NCBI GenBank assembly: GCA_964474755.1
Contig: CAYYUG010000010.1
Coordinates: 12,407 to 76,406 of the forward strand
DNA length: 64,000 nucleotides
DNA from: an uncultured Rhodospirillaceae bacterium
GTDB lineage: Bacteria; Pseudomonadota; Alphaproteobacteria; UBA8366; GCA-2717185
Direction of reading: 5' to 3'
In this document: piece after piece, positions 26,249 to 35,410 of the stretch
Layout: every line of letters starts with the position of its first letter
Numbering within the stretch: position 1 is the stretch's first letter
The notes under the pieces: model-generated
The model's input: the letters and a program-made list of their open reading frames with translations, nothing else
Database searches by the model: none
Told to the model about the DNA's origin: nothing
Program-made: the position numbers and the translations under genes

Positions 26249-28636
26249 CTAAACCTTGCCCAGCGCATGCAGCACGGTTTCCGGTGTCATCGGCTGTGCC
26301 GTGACCACTGCATCAAAGGGGCGGAGTGCATTATTGACTGCGCACATGACAACGCCTGGTGCGGCTCCCGTTCCGGATTCGCCGGCTCCCTTGGCGCCAA
26401 GCTCTGACTCACTTGTTGGCGTTTCGATATGGGCGACTTCGATATCCGGCATTTCCGATGCCATTGGTGTGAGGTAATCAGCCATCGAGCCGTTCAGTAG
26501 CTGCCCGTTATCGTCGTATAGACAATGTTCGTAGAGCGCGCCGCCGAGACCCTGCACGCATCCACCGCGCACCTGCTCGTCGGCGAGGTTAGGGTTGATG
26601 ATGCGGCCGCAATCTTCGACCACCCAATGTTTCAGGAGACGGATAAATCCGGTGTCGACATCGACTTCCACATAAGCACCGTGAATACCGTTGGTGAAGA
26701 TGTAGGGCAGTCCGGTAAGCCGAAAGCGGCGGGTCGTTGATAAAGTGGGCTGATAGTCGTTTGGCAGCTCGCCTAGCTGGAAATGCCCAATACGGCCGAT
26801 TTCCGACAGGGAGATGCGCACTTCATCGCTACCCGCGGTGACGACGTTGCCGGCGACTATGTCGAGGGTCTGAGCATCGGACTGCAGCAGGATACCGGCC
26901 ATGCTGAGGATTTCCCGCCGCAAATCGCGGCTCGCCTGATAGACCGCTTCGCCGCCGATCGCCGTGGCGCGAGATGCGTAGGTGCCGCCGCCATAGGGCA
27001 CGGCATCCGTGTCACCTTCTATGACGCGGATGCTCTCAAGGGGTACGCCGAGCGCGGTGGCTGCGATCTGTCCCATGACTGTATCTACGCCCTGGCCTTG
27101 GTCGGTGACGCCGACGGTGCAAATCACACCGCCGGAGGGTTCTAGCTTGATCGTGCAGGCGTCCTGCGAGGCGATTGGGGCACCGCCTGAGCCGTAATAG
27201 CCCTGTGGGCCGGGCGCGGTACCCTTGATGAAGCCGGCTATGCCGATGCCGCGATGCACTCCCTGTTCGCGCAGAGCTTCTTGCTCTCGCTTTAGTCCCT
27301 CGTAATCCATCAGACCAACCAGCTTATCTAGGCATGCTTCGTGCGAAAGATCGTTGACCGGAACGCCTGATGGCGCAACATTCGGATAACCACCATCCGG
27401 CATCACGTTGCGGCGACGAAAAACCACGGGGTCCATGCCCAAGGTTTCGGCCGCACGGTCGACCATGTGCTCACCGACGGAGATGCCGATTGGATGGCCG
27501 ACAGCCCGGTATTGCGAGGTGGGCACCTTATTGAGATAGACCACGGTGGTCTTGGCGCGATAGTTCTGGAACTTGTACGGTCCGGCGGTAATATTAAGAA
27601 CTTGATTGGCTTCGAACACGCTGGTCCGTGGATAGGCGGAATAGGCGCCCACACCCGCTAAATCGTCGATTTCCACTGCTTGGATGTCACCTTCCTTGCT
27701 GACCGCGATGCGGGCGGAGATCTGGTGCTCGCGCGCGTGGATATCGGAGACGAAGGATTCTAATCGGTCGGCGATGAACTTCACTGGCCGCCCCAGTTGA
27801 ATAGATGCTGCGGTTGCGGCGACTTCGTCGCCGAAAGTATGAATTTTCAAGCCAAAGGATCCACCGACATCGGGCGCTATGATGCGGACATTGTGTTCTG
27901 GCACTCCGAGTGTTCGAGCGAAGACGGCCTGGATCATATGCGGAACCTGGCTGCTGGTATGAATAGTCAACCGCTGCGTGCCGGGATCATAGTCGGCGAG
28001 TAGTGCCCGCGGTTCGAGGCTAACCGCCGTGTGGCGGCCAAAAGAGAAATCTTCCTTGAGCACGATATCGGCCGAAGCAAAGGCATCGTCGACAGCGCCG
28101 CGATCGATTGTTTTAGTGAAGGCGAGATTGTCGCCGAGATCGGGATGCAGGACCGGTGTGTTCGCGTCGAGGGCCGTTTCGGCTTCTGTCGTTGGCGGGA
28201 TCACCTCCCACTCGATGGCAACTTGTTCGCAGGCATCTTCCGCCAGCGCTCGGCTCTCAGCTACGACCATGACAACCGGCTCCCCTTGCCAGCAGGCTCG
28301 GTCCACCGCCATCGCAAATTGAGGGGCAGATTTCATGCCTTCGAAACAAGACAGCGTACCGATCCAGGGACCGGTGCTTCGCTCGGCCAACTCCGCGCCA
28401 GTCATAATCAGCACGACACCTGGCATCGTTTCGGCTTCCGCGGCATCGATCTTGAGAATTCTGGCATGCGCGTGCGGGCTGCGCACAAATGCCGCATGGA
28501 CGGTACGTGGCAGACTTATGTCGTCCGTATAGCGGCCGCGACCAGCCACGGTCCGCCGCGCGCTCGTCCGGGAAAGTGAGCGGCCGATATGGCTGTTTGG
28601 CCCCTCGAACACGCTGTTGGAAACGCTGTCGTTCAT
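26249..28636 (-). CDS. xanthine dehydrogenase/CoxL-family molybdopterin-binding large subunit (A)
   Basis: 795 aa from ATG 28636 (ATGA overlap with the upstream 2Fe-2S gene). ARRTVAGRGRYTDD, APDVGGSFGLK, QYRAVGHP and GAKGAGESG motifs. The ORF-track start at 28816 lies inside the upstream gene. Confidence 0.85.
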   Translation of the reverse strand: MNDSVSNSVFEGPNSHIGRSLSRTSARRTVAGRGRYTDDISLPRTVHAAFVRSPHAHARILKIDAAEAETMPGVVLIMTGAELAERSTGPWIGTLSCFEGMKSAPQFAMAVDRACWQGEPVVMVVAESRALAEDACEQVAIEWEVIPPTTEAETALDANTPVLHPDLGDNLAFTKTIDRGAVDDAFASADIVLKEDFSFGRHTAVSLEPRALLADYDPGTQRLTIHTSSQVPHMIQAVFARTLGVPEHNVRIIAPDVGGSFGLKIHTFGDEVAATAASIQLGRPVKFIADRLESFVSDIHAREHQISARIAVSKEGDIQAVEIDDLAGVGAYSAYPRTSVFEANQVLNITAGPYKFQNYRAKTTVVYLNKVPTSQYRAVGHPIGISVGEHMVDRAAETLGMDPVVFRRRNVMPDGGYPNVAPSGVPVNDLSHEACLDKLVGLMDYEGLKREQEALREQGVHRGIGIAGFIKGTAPGPQGYYGSGGAPIASQDACTIKLEPSGGVICTVGVTDQGQGVDTVMGQIAATALGVPLESIRVIEGDTDAVPYGGGTYASRATAIGGEAVYQASRDLRREILSMAGILLQSDAQTLDIVAGNVVTAGSDEVRISLSEIGRIGHFQLGELPNDYQPTLSTTRRFRLTGLPYIFTNGIHGAYVEVDVDTGFIRLLKHWVVEDCGRIINPNLADEQVRGGCVQGLGGALYEHCLYDDNGQLLNGSMADYLTPMASEMPDIEVAHIETPTSESELGAKGAGESGTGAAPGVVMCAVNNALRPFDAVVTAQPMTPETVLHALGKV

Positions 28637-29121
28637 GACGCCTTCTCCAGCCGCTGTTTCAAGGTGGTTTCGACGGCATCGACGATTGCGTGATATCCGG
28701 TACAACGGCAGTAGTTGCCGGACAGGAATTCGCGAATTTCTGCGCGTGTTTTTGGTGTAGCCTCGCGTAGCAATTCCGCTGCGGTGATCAGCATTCCGGG
28801 TGTGCAGAAGCCGCATTGTAGAGCGTCACGTTCAACAAAATTTTCTTGCAGATCGGCGATTTCGCCGCTTGCCGTCAGCCCTTCGACGGTCTCGATGTTG
28901 GTGCCGTCCGCCTGTATGGCGAGGATCAGGCAGCCTCTCACCACATCGCCATCGAGGCGCACAGAACAGGCGCCGCAGATCCCATGCTCACAGCCCAGAT
29001 GGGAACCGGTTAGGGCAAGTTCGCCGCGAAGAAAATCGACCAGATGTTGACGTGCATCGACTAGCTTGGTCACCTTGTCGCCATTCACCGTGAGAGTGAT
29101 AGTCTTAGTCTCGTCGCTCAT
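28633..29121 (-). CDS. (2Fe-2S)-binding small subunit, CoxS/XdhC-N type (set 2)
   Basis: GCEHGICGACSV, CGFCTPGM and CRCTGY cluster motifs. ATG 29121 forms an ATGA overlap with the upstream FAD-subunit stop. Confidence 0.9.
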   Translation of the reverse strand: MSDETKTITLTVNGDKVTKLVDARQHLVDFLRGELALTGSHLGCEHGICGACSVRLDGDVVRGCLILAIQADGTNIETVEGLTASGEIADLQENFVERDALQCGFCTPGMLITAAELLREATPKTRAEIREFLSGNYCRCTGYHAIVDAVETTLKQRLEKAS

Positions 29122-29987
29122 GCCGCCCTCGCCCGCTCGATTGCGCAATCCAGCACGCGGCCAGTTAGCACGCGCTGTAGATGCAGCTTAAATTCAGCAC
29201 TGCCTTGCAGATTGTCCATCGGGTCCAGGTCTTTGGATAGGGCCGCAATCGCAGACGACCGGCTGTCCGCTGACCAGGGTTTCCCCGCGATCGCGGCGGC
29301 GGCATTCGATGCGAGTGTCGGCCGATCTTCGCTGGCAAAATAGACCAAACGCGCATCCGTGACGGTTTCTTCATCGATTTCAGCCGAGCAGGCGACACCG
29401 GCGATGGCAAAGTCTCCTTGTCGACGGCTTAGTTCCATGAAGGCGTGAAAGGTTTGAGAGCTCTGACAAGGGATTTGGATTTCAGTCAGCATCTCGTCTG
29501 GCTCCCGCTCAGTCTCGAATAAACCCTTGAAAAAATCTCCTGCCTTGACGTGTCGTTGCCCGCGCACGCTTTCGACCACGATCGTCGCATTAAGCGCCAA
29601 CGCGCAGGCCGGCAGCTCAGCCGCGGGATCGGCGAGCGCAATGCTGCCGCCGAATGTACCGCGATTGCGCACGGCAACATGGGCCACATGCGGCATTGCC
29701 TCTGCGATCAGGGGCAGGTGCTTGGCGACGATCGGCGATTGTAGGACCGACGTGTGCCGTGTCAGCGCTCCGATACGAACCATGTCGTCTTCGACAGAAA
29801 TTCCTTCGAGCGCATCAAGCCGATTGATATCGATCAATAGATCGGGCTTTGACAGCCGCATGTTTAGTGTAGGCATCAAACTCTGACCTCCTGCGAGGAT
29901 GTTTGCTTCATCCCTGTGTTCCGAAAGGAGTTCCAAAGCCTGTTCCACGCTTTCGGCGCGCGTATAGGTCAGTTTTGGTGATTTCAT
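29118..29987 (-). CDS. FAD-binding medium subunit, CoxM type (set 2)
   Basis: LAGGQSLMPTLNMRL and RNRGTFGGSIA FAD-binding patterns. Start set at ATG 29987 (MKSPKLTYTRAES); the ORF-track start at 30152 would run into the upstream gene. Confidence 0.85.
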   Translation of the reverse strand: MKSPKLTYTRAESVEQALELLSEHRDEANILAGGQSLMPTLNMRLSKPDLLIDINRLDALEGISVEDDMVRIGALTRHTSVLQSPIVAKHLPLIAEAMPHVAHVAVRNRGTFGGSIALADPAAELPACALALNATIVVESVRGQRHVKAGDFFKGLFETEREPDEMLTEIQIPCQSSQTFHAFMELSRRQGDFAIAGVACSAEIDEETVTDARLVYFASEDRPTLASNAAAAIAGKPWSADSRSSAIAALSKDLDPMDNLQGSAEFKLHLQRVLTGRVLDCAIERARAA

Positions 29988-30024
29988 GGTGCCATCCCCG
30001 CCCGATAGTGTCGCTCGCTCAAAT

Positions 30025-30513
30025 TTAGTTTCCTCTTTTTTCGATTGTTGCCCGCTGTACTTCCAGCACCGACATAATAGCGCGGACAATGCCGGCATAT
30101 CCGGTGCAGCGGCAAATGTTTCCTGCGAGTTCGAGGCGCACCCGATCCTCATCAGCGTTCGGTAGCCGGTTTACGATATCGCGTGCGGTGAATAGCATCG
30201 CGGGCGTGCAATAACCGCATTGTAGACCGTGATGTTCCGTGAACGCGTCTTGCAGTGCCGCGATTACTGGATCCGAATTGCTGCCCTCAATTGTCCGAAT
30301 ATCTGCTCCGTCGCAGCTAATCGCGAAGAGTATGCAGGATCGCACCGGTTCTTCGTCCACCAAGATCGTGCAGGCGCCGCATACTCCATGCTCGCAACCG
30401 AGATGAATACCGGTAAGCCGATGCTGTTCGCGCAGAAAATCGGCAAGTGTAGTTCTCGGCTCAACGGGTGCAGTGACCGTTTCACCATTGATTGTTAGTG
30501 AAACGTTCATCAT
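30025..30513 (-). CDS. (2Fe-2S)-binding small subunit, CoxS type (set 1)
   Basis: GCEHGVCGACTI, CGYCTPAM and CRCTGY. ATGA overlap with the upstream FAD-subunit gene. Confidence 0.9.
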   Translation of the reverse strand: MMNVSLTINGETVTAPVEPRTTLADFLREQHRLTGIHLGCEHGVCGACTILVDEEPVRSCILFAISCDGADIRTIEGSNSDPVIAALQDAFTEHHGLQCGYCTPAMLFTARDIVNRLPNADEDRVRLELAGNICRCTGYAGIVRAIMSVLEVQRATIEKRGN

Positions 30514-31340
30514 GTGCTGTAGGCCTGTGCAACTGCGCGCTGCAACGCAATCGCGTGCATCCGTAGCTTAAAAGGGTCGAACGCTTCGCCGGTTTCGGTT
30601 AGTGCCTTGCTCGCTGCCTCGGTATCAAAACGGGTGCCATCGGTTTGTGCGATTGTGGCGGCAGCAGATTCCAGTAGCAACGGTGCGGCCTCGGTTCCGG
30701 CGAGTACGAGCCGGGCGACCCTGGTTGTAGGATCGTATACATAGGCTCCGATCGACTCCGCGAATTCACCTGGTTTGCGGCAAATTTTGTAATAACCCCA
30801 TCGCGCCGCATCAGAAAGAATCGGTAACCGTACCCCACGCACAATTTCGTCTTCTTCGAGAGCGACCGTAAAGGCACTCTGTTGAAATGCGTTGATCCCG
30901 ATCTCCCGACTGCCTGCAGGGCCGTCGATGACTATATGCGCTCCCAATGCCCTCAAGGCCGCTGGCCAGTCCCCTGCTGGATCGGCATGGACAAGGCTGC
31001 CGCCAATAGTGCCTCGGTTGCGCACAGCGCGATAAGCGATGCCCGCGGCGACATGTACCATCATTCCTCGGGTTACATCGGGTAGTATCCCGTCTTCAAT
31101 GTTTGCGTGGGTCACCAGCGCCCCGACAAACAAATGATCGGTCGCCTGTGTTACCGCTTTCAAAGGTTCAAGGTCGCGAATATCAATAAGTCGATCCGGC
31201 CGCGCCAAGCGTAAATTCATCATGGGGCCGAGTGACTGACTACCTGCCAAAACTTTGCTGTCGCCTTCTATTGATGTCAGCGCTGTCACTGCCTCAGCCA
31301 AATCGCTAGTTTTTTTGTAGTCGAATTTTGCTGCTTTCAT
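30510..31340 (-). CDS. FAD-binding medium subunit, CoxM type (set 1); first gene of the operon
   Basis: LAGSQSLGPMMNLRL and RNRGTIGGSLVHADP patterns; 276 aa. Confidence 0.85.
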   Translation of the reverse strand: MKAAKFDYKKTSDLAEAVTALTSIEGDSKVLAGSQSLGPMMNLRLARPDRLIDIRDLEPLKAVTQATDHLFVGALVTHANIEDGILPDVTRGMMVHVAAGIAYRAVRNRGTIGGSLVHADPAGDWPAALRALGAHIVIDGPAGSREIGINAFQQSAFTVALEEDEIVRGVRLPILSDAARWGYYKICRKPGEFAESIGAYVYDPTTRVARLVLAGTEAAPLLLESAAATIAQTDGTRFDTEAASKALTETGEAFDPFKLRMHAIALQRAVAQAYST

Positions 31341-31829
31341 CGCTCTATCTTGAGCTTATCCCTGTAACCATGCCGGCCATGAAAGCATGGTATGGTATCG
31401 TGGGAGACAGCCGCAACGGTCAAGAGATCGAAAGTTTACCCGGTTGTCCGCAATTTAGATGGAGTAAAGATCGACGAAGAAACCGCTTTATCACCCAGCG
31501 TTGCCCTGCTTCGCCAACAATCTGAACAGGCGATTCTGTGCATCGTTGGCCGCCCTGGAGGCATGTGATTATGGTCTGGAACGGTTCGATCGGATCGCCA
31601 GCATGCTGGCCTGTTGGATAGGCGAAAGTGGGTTACCGGAGGGCTTCAATAGCTAGGTACGCTGCTTCAAACTACTCGGTGACGTGACGGCCTACACGGG
31701 CACTGCCGGCGAATGCAGGCCATCGACGATGCAAAGGGTCGTATCAAGTTTGGCGTCCAGGCAATCTGCCAGCGCGACTAGATTACCGCGCGGGGTTTGG
31801 CGAAGCTGTATATCCCTTGGCGGCAGAAG

Positions 31830-32681
31830 TTAAACCGGACGCGTCCCGTTCACCGTCACGCGGTTCATATAGCGTTTTTGTCCGGGATAGTCGTTCAGTG
31901 CCTTGTGCATGACGCAACGATTATCCCAGAAGGCTATTGAACCCTTCTCCCATCGGAAACGGCAGGTGAATTCCGGTCGATGGCTGTGGTCGAACAAAAA
32001 TTCGAGCAACGGCTTGCTCTCCGTTTCTGCCATGCCTTTGAAGCGGTGGGTGCGTGGCCGGCATACGAACAGCGCCTTACGGCCGGTTTCCGGATGGGTA
32101 CGTACCACTGGATGTTCCATTTCAGGTTCGTCTTCCTCGTCCGGGTCGTCGCGCAGTTTACTGGTCATCTTAGCATTGCGTTCTGGTGTTGCGTTGGGTG
32201 CCTGGACGCGGTTGTCGTGAACTGCGACTAGCTTATCCAGCATTTTGCGCATGCCTTCGGACAGGGCTTCGTAGGCGAGGTATTGGTTGGCAAATAGTGT
32301 ATCTCCGCCGACTGACGGTACGTCTAGCGCATAGAGAATTGAGCCTAGCGGTGGCTTCTCCAGATGGGTTAGATCCTGATGCCAACTGCCGCCGACAATC
32401 TTGGTGTGCTCGGGGTCCTTACGGATCGGGAAAATTTCCGGATGGCCCTCAAGTGGAACATAGCGCGGATGCACGTTCAGGCTGCCGAAGCGTCCGCCGA
32501 ATTTCTTGTGTTGATCCTCGGTTAAATCTTGGTCCCGGAAGAAGATAACGAGGTTCTCATGAAAGGCGCGTTGCACTTCCGCAAAGGTTTCATTGCCGAG
32601 ATCCTCCGACAGATCAACCCCAAAAATCTCTGCGCCACACCCGCCGGAGAGTGGTTTTACTTTGATGCGGTTGTAGGTCAC
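31830..32681 (-). CDS. TauD/TfdA-family Fe(II)/2-oxoglutarate dioxygenase (paralogue 1)
   Basis: 283 aa. WHQDLTH (HxD iron ligands), HPETGRKALF and FWDNRCVMH C-terminal motifs. Confidence 0.85.
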   Translation of the reverse strand: MTYNRIKVKPLSGGCGAEIFGVDLSEDLGNETFAEVQRAFHENLVIFFRDQDLTEDQHKKFGGRFGSLNVHPRYVPLEGHPEIFPIRKDPEHTKIVGGSWHQDLTHLEKPPLGSILYALDVPSVGGDTLFANQYLAYEALSEGMRKMLDKLVAVHDNRVQAPNATPERNAKMTSKLRDDPDEEDEPEMEHPVVRTHPETGRKALFVCRPRTHRFKGMAETESKPLLEFLFDHSHRPEFTCRFRWEKGSIAFWDNRCVMHKALNDYPGQKRYMNRVTVNGTRPV

Positions 32682-32761
32682 GCGGTTTCCTTCCCGTTTT
32701 CGTCTAGCCTAACACTTTTGATGGTAGACTAAATGACGTTAATTCCATAACGCACATACTG

Positions 32762-33553
32762 TTAGACAGCCATCCGCCTTGGCGTCCGGGCCACCATATG
32801 TAGCACCAAATAGGCCGCCATGGCGGCGACGAGATGTTTAAAAGTATGGCCGCTGACTGCGCCGCCGAGTGCGTTGAAGACTGCAAGGTCGGACCGGTCG
32901 AGCACTATGGCCACACCGTATGTAAGGAAGACAATGAGCAGTGGAGCGGAAGGCATATAGTAGCCGCTTGGGAATAGCCATAAGATGAGCGGCAAGGTGA
33001 TTATCGGAAAGAATTTAACCAAAACATAAAAACGTAAATCGCCAGCGCCCACACTTTCGCTCCAATTCCAGTAGATAACGCTCGCGGCGCCGAGGAGGAT
33101 GAGGAGTGGCAAGAGCCAGCGGTTGCCGGTGCGACGGTCGATCCGGTCGGCGAGGATAGCTGCGAAAAGGGACATGAAGGCGGTAGTCATGGGCAGTCGG
33201 TCCCAGAACAGTCGTGGAGTATCCGGCATCAAGTGGTAATAAGCTGATCCTATTCCTATTAGCGTTACAGCAGCGAAAAAGACAATATACGGTGCGGCAT
33301 CTGTCCCTTCTGCAAAGATGTCTCTCCTCCGCCTACCCAGTAAAGTTGCCAGGCCTAGCAGACCCACCACCATAAATGCTGCGCTCGAAAGCACGTCGCC
33401 GAAATTGGGGATACCGCAAAGCGATCGCATATCGGCGAAACGGTGGTATTCTGGGTTCTGCGGAACAGACGGCACTAAGTTGGCGCCGACCAAAGTAACT
33501 ACGAACAGACCTAATAGAATTGCGATCCGTTGTTGTTTGGTCAGTATCCGCAT
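32762..33553 (-). CDS. polytopic membrane protein, possibly alkaline-ceramidase-like
   Basis: About 7 TM segments. EYHRFADMRSLCGIPNFGDVLSS resembles the conserved N-terminal motif of bacterial ceramidase-domain proteins, recalled from memory only. Start set at ATG 33553, preceded by GGGAGG; the ORF-track TTG at 33580 is less likely. Confidence 0.45.
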   Translation of the reverse strand: MRILTKQQRIAILLGLFVVTLVGANLVPSVPQNPEYHRFADMRSLCGIPNFGDVLSSAAFMVVGLLGLATLLGRRRRDIFAEGTDAAPYIVFFAAVTLIGIGSAYYHLMPDTPRLFWDRLPMTTAFMSLFAAILADRIDRRTGNRWLLPLLILLGAASVIYWNWSESVGAGDLRFYVLVKFFPIITLPLILWLFPSGYYMPSAPLLIVFLTYGVAIVLDRSDLAVFNALGGAVSGHTFKHLVAAMAAYLVLHMVARTPRRMAV

Positions 33554-33847
33554 AGCGCCTCCCGTATGCTGTTTCGGCAACCATATAGGTCAATTACAAA
33601 TAGGCTACCTTGCCAGTTTCGATTTACCGAGAAAGCGCAGACGCGCCGTTCAATGACAGGTTAGGCCAACTAGGTTAAGCCATAGACGTGGACCTTTTTG
33701 CATGGTGCCGCAAAATTGCCAAGATCGCCGTAATTTTTTGTTGCGACGCGAATTTTTGAAGTGCAGTGCCCGTTTTGCTGAGTGAAGCAAGACGCCCGCG
33801 GGACTGGGCTGAACTGGAAGGTTAGGCTCTGGGTTGCGAATAATTTG

Positions 33848-35290
33848 CTAGCTGTTAGCTGCCTCCCGCATCGCAGAGTAGGCTGACAGGGCCCGTTGTC
33901 GGCTTACGCGTAAATCGACGATGGGTCGCGGGTAGGTTTTGTCCAAAACGACGCCCGCTTCTATTAAGGTGGTCGCTGGCGTTCCCCATGGTTCGTGGAT
34001 GTGCTTCGCCGGCATTGCGGCGAGCTCTGGCACGTAGCGCCTCACATAGGTTCCCTCCGGGTCAAACTTTCGACCCTGCAGAACCGGGTTAAAGATCCGG
34101 AAATAAGGTGCTGCATCGGCTCCCGACCCGGCGACCCATTGCCAGCCAGCCGAGTTGTTGGCCAAGTCGGCGTCTACCAACTTATCCCAAAACCACGCCT
34201 CGCCCGCCCGCCAGTCAATTAGCAGGTTCTTGACCAGCAGGGACGCCACGATCATGCGCACCCGATTATGCATCCAACCGGTCTGCCACAATTCGCGCAT
34301 ACCCGCATCGACAATTGGAATCCCTGTCTGACCGCTCTGCCAGGCGCGCAGTCCATCGGGATCGTCGGGCCAGCGCATGTTCGCGAATTTGGCTTGAAAG
34401 GGCGCTTCCGGCAAGGTTGGCCAATGGAACAGTAGGTGTTTGGAGAACTCCCGCCACGCAAGCTCGCGTTGAAACGCGTGGCCCCCACCTGCAGTCTCCG
34501 GCGCAGCTTCGATCTTGGCTAGTGTAGCGTGCCAGCATTGGTGTGGACTGATTTCACCAAAATGTAGATGCGGCGATAGTCGGGAGGTCCCGGCAAAATC
34601 CGGCCGATTGCGCAACTCTGAATAATCCTTTAACGGGCCTTCTAGGAAATCGACCATCCTTGCACGGGCTCCTGCCTCACCTGGTTGCCAGGTTTCTCGC
34701 AACCCGCCGGCCCAGTCGGGTGCTGTCGGCAGCAATCGTAAATGCTCAAGCGAGTCTCCCGCCGGAACATATGCAGGAACTGGGATTGTTTTGGGCCGGA
34801 GCAGCGGAATTTTCGGCATTGGCGCACTCAGACAGGCTTTCCAGAACGGTGTGAAGACGCGGAAAGGGGTATCAGATTTTGTCCGCAGCGCTTCCGGTTC
34901 GAACAACAAATCGCCGGAAAAGCGTTTAATCACGAAGCCAGTATCGGCAAGCTCGTTTTCTGTAGCATGGGCCCAAGGTTCGTAAGCTCTAGTGAAGTAA
35001 AGCGCAGAGGCTCCAGTCTCCGCCATTAAGGTTTTCAAGACACTTAGTGCTGGGCCGCGGCGCAGGATCAATGGACATCCGAGTTGCGCTAAATCGCGCG
35101 CCAAGGCTGCGAGGCTGTTATGCAGCCACCAACGGCTCGCCTCACCCATCCTCCACACGCCTGGTGTTTTATCGTCAAGCACATAGACCGGTAGAACGGG
35201 CTGACCAGACTCACATGCAGCAGAGAGGGCACGATTGTCGCTTAAGCGAAGGTCATGCCGGAACCAGAACAGAACGGGGGCGGTGGACAT
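33848..35290 (-). CDS. phrB: deoxyribodipyrimidine photolyase (class I CPD photolyase/cryptochrome family)
   Basis: 480 aa. FWFRHDLRLSDNRAL N-terminal motif, a C-terminal FAD-binding region (TGIPIVDAGMREL..TGWMHNRVRM) and WQWVAGSGADAAPYFRIFNP. Confidence 0.9.
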   Translation of the reverse strand: MSTAPVLFWFRHDLRLSDNRALSAACESGQPVLPVYVLDDKTPGVWRMGEASRWWLHNSLAALARDLAQLGCPLILRRGPALSVLKTLMAETGASALYFTRAYEPWAHATENELADTGFVIKRFSGDLLFEPEALRTKSDTPFRVFTPFWKACLSAPMPKIPLLRPKTIPVPAYVPAGDSLEHLRLLPTAPDWAGGLRETWQPGEAGARARMVDFLEGPLKDYSELRNRPDFAGTSRLSPHLHFGEISPHQCWHATLAKIEAAPETAGGGHAFQRELAWREFSKHLLFHWPTLPEAPFQAKFANMRWPDDPDGLRAWQSGQTGIPIVDAGMRELWQTGWMHNRVRMIVASLLVKNLLIDWRAGEAWFWDKLVDADLANNSAGWQWVAGSGADAAPYFRIFNPVLQGRKFDPEGTYVRRYVPELAAMPAKHIHEPWGTPATTLIEAGVVLDKTYPRPIVDLRVSRQRALSAYSAMREAANS

Positions 35291-35410
35291 GGCGTATCTT
35301 CAGCTAATTTTTTTTATTTTACGCAAGACCTTACACAGCGGATCATGCGTGTTTGCGCTTGCGGTGGCAATCGATACCATCTTGGCTAGTCATGGTTTTG
35401 GGGCGGTGAT

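Noticed and set aside
22433-31340. Calling the cox-like operon an aerobic CO dehydrogenase, or the furoyl-CoA dehydrogenase/FDCA decarboxylase (hmfABC + hmfF) system.
   Set aside because: Neither L subunit has the CODH active-site loop (AYxCSFR or AYRGAGR), and no coxDEFG-type accessory genes are present. For the HMF/furoate route, the furoyl-CoA synthetase, the 2-oxoglutaroyl-CoA hydrolase and the UbiX-like HmfG are missing next to the cluster. That route also does not explain two full M/S/L sets.
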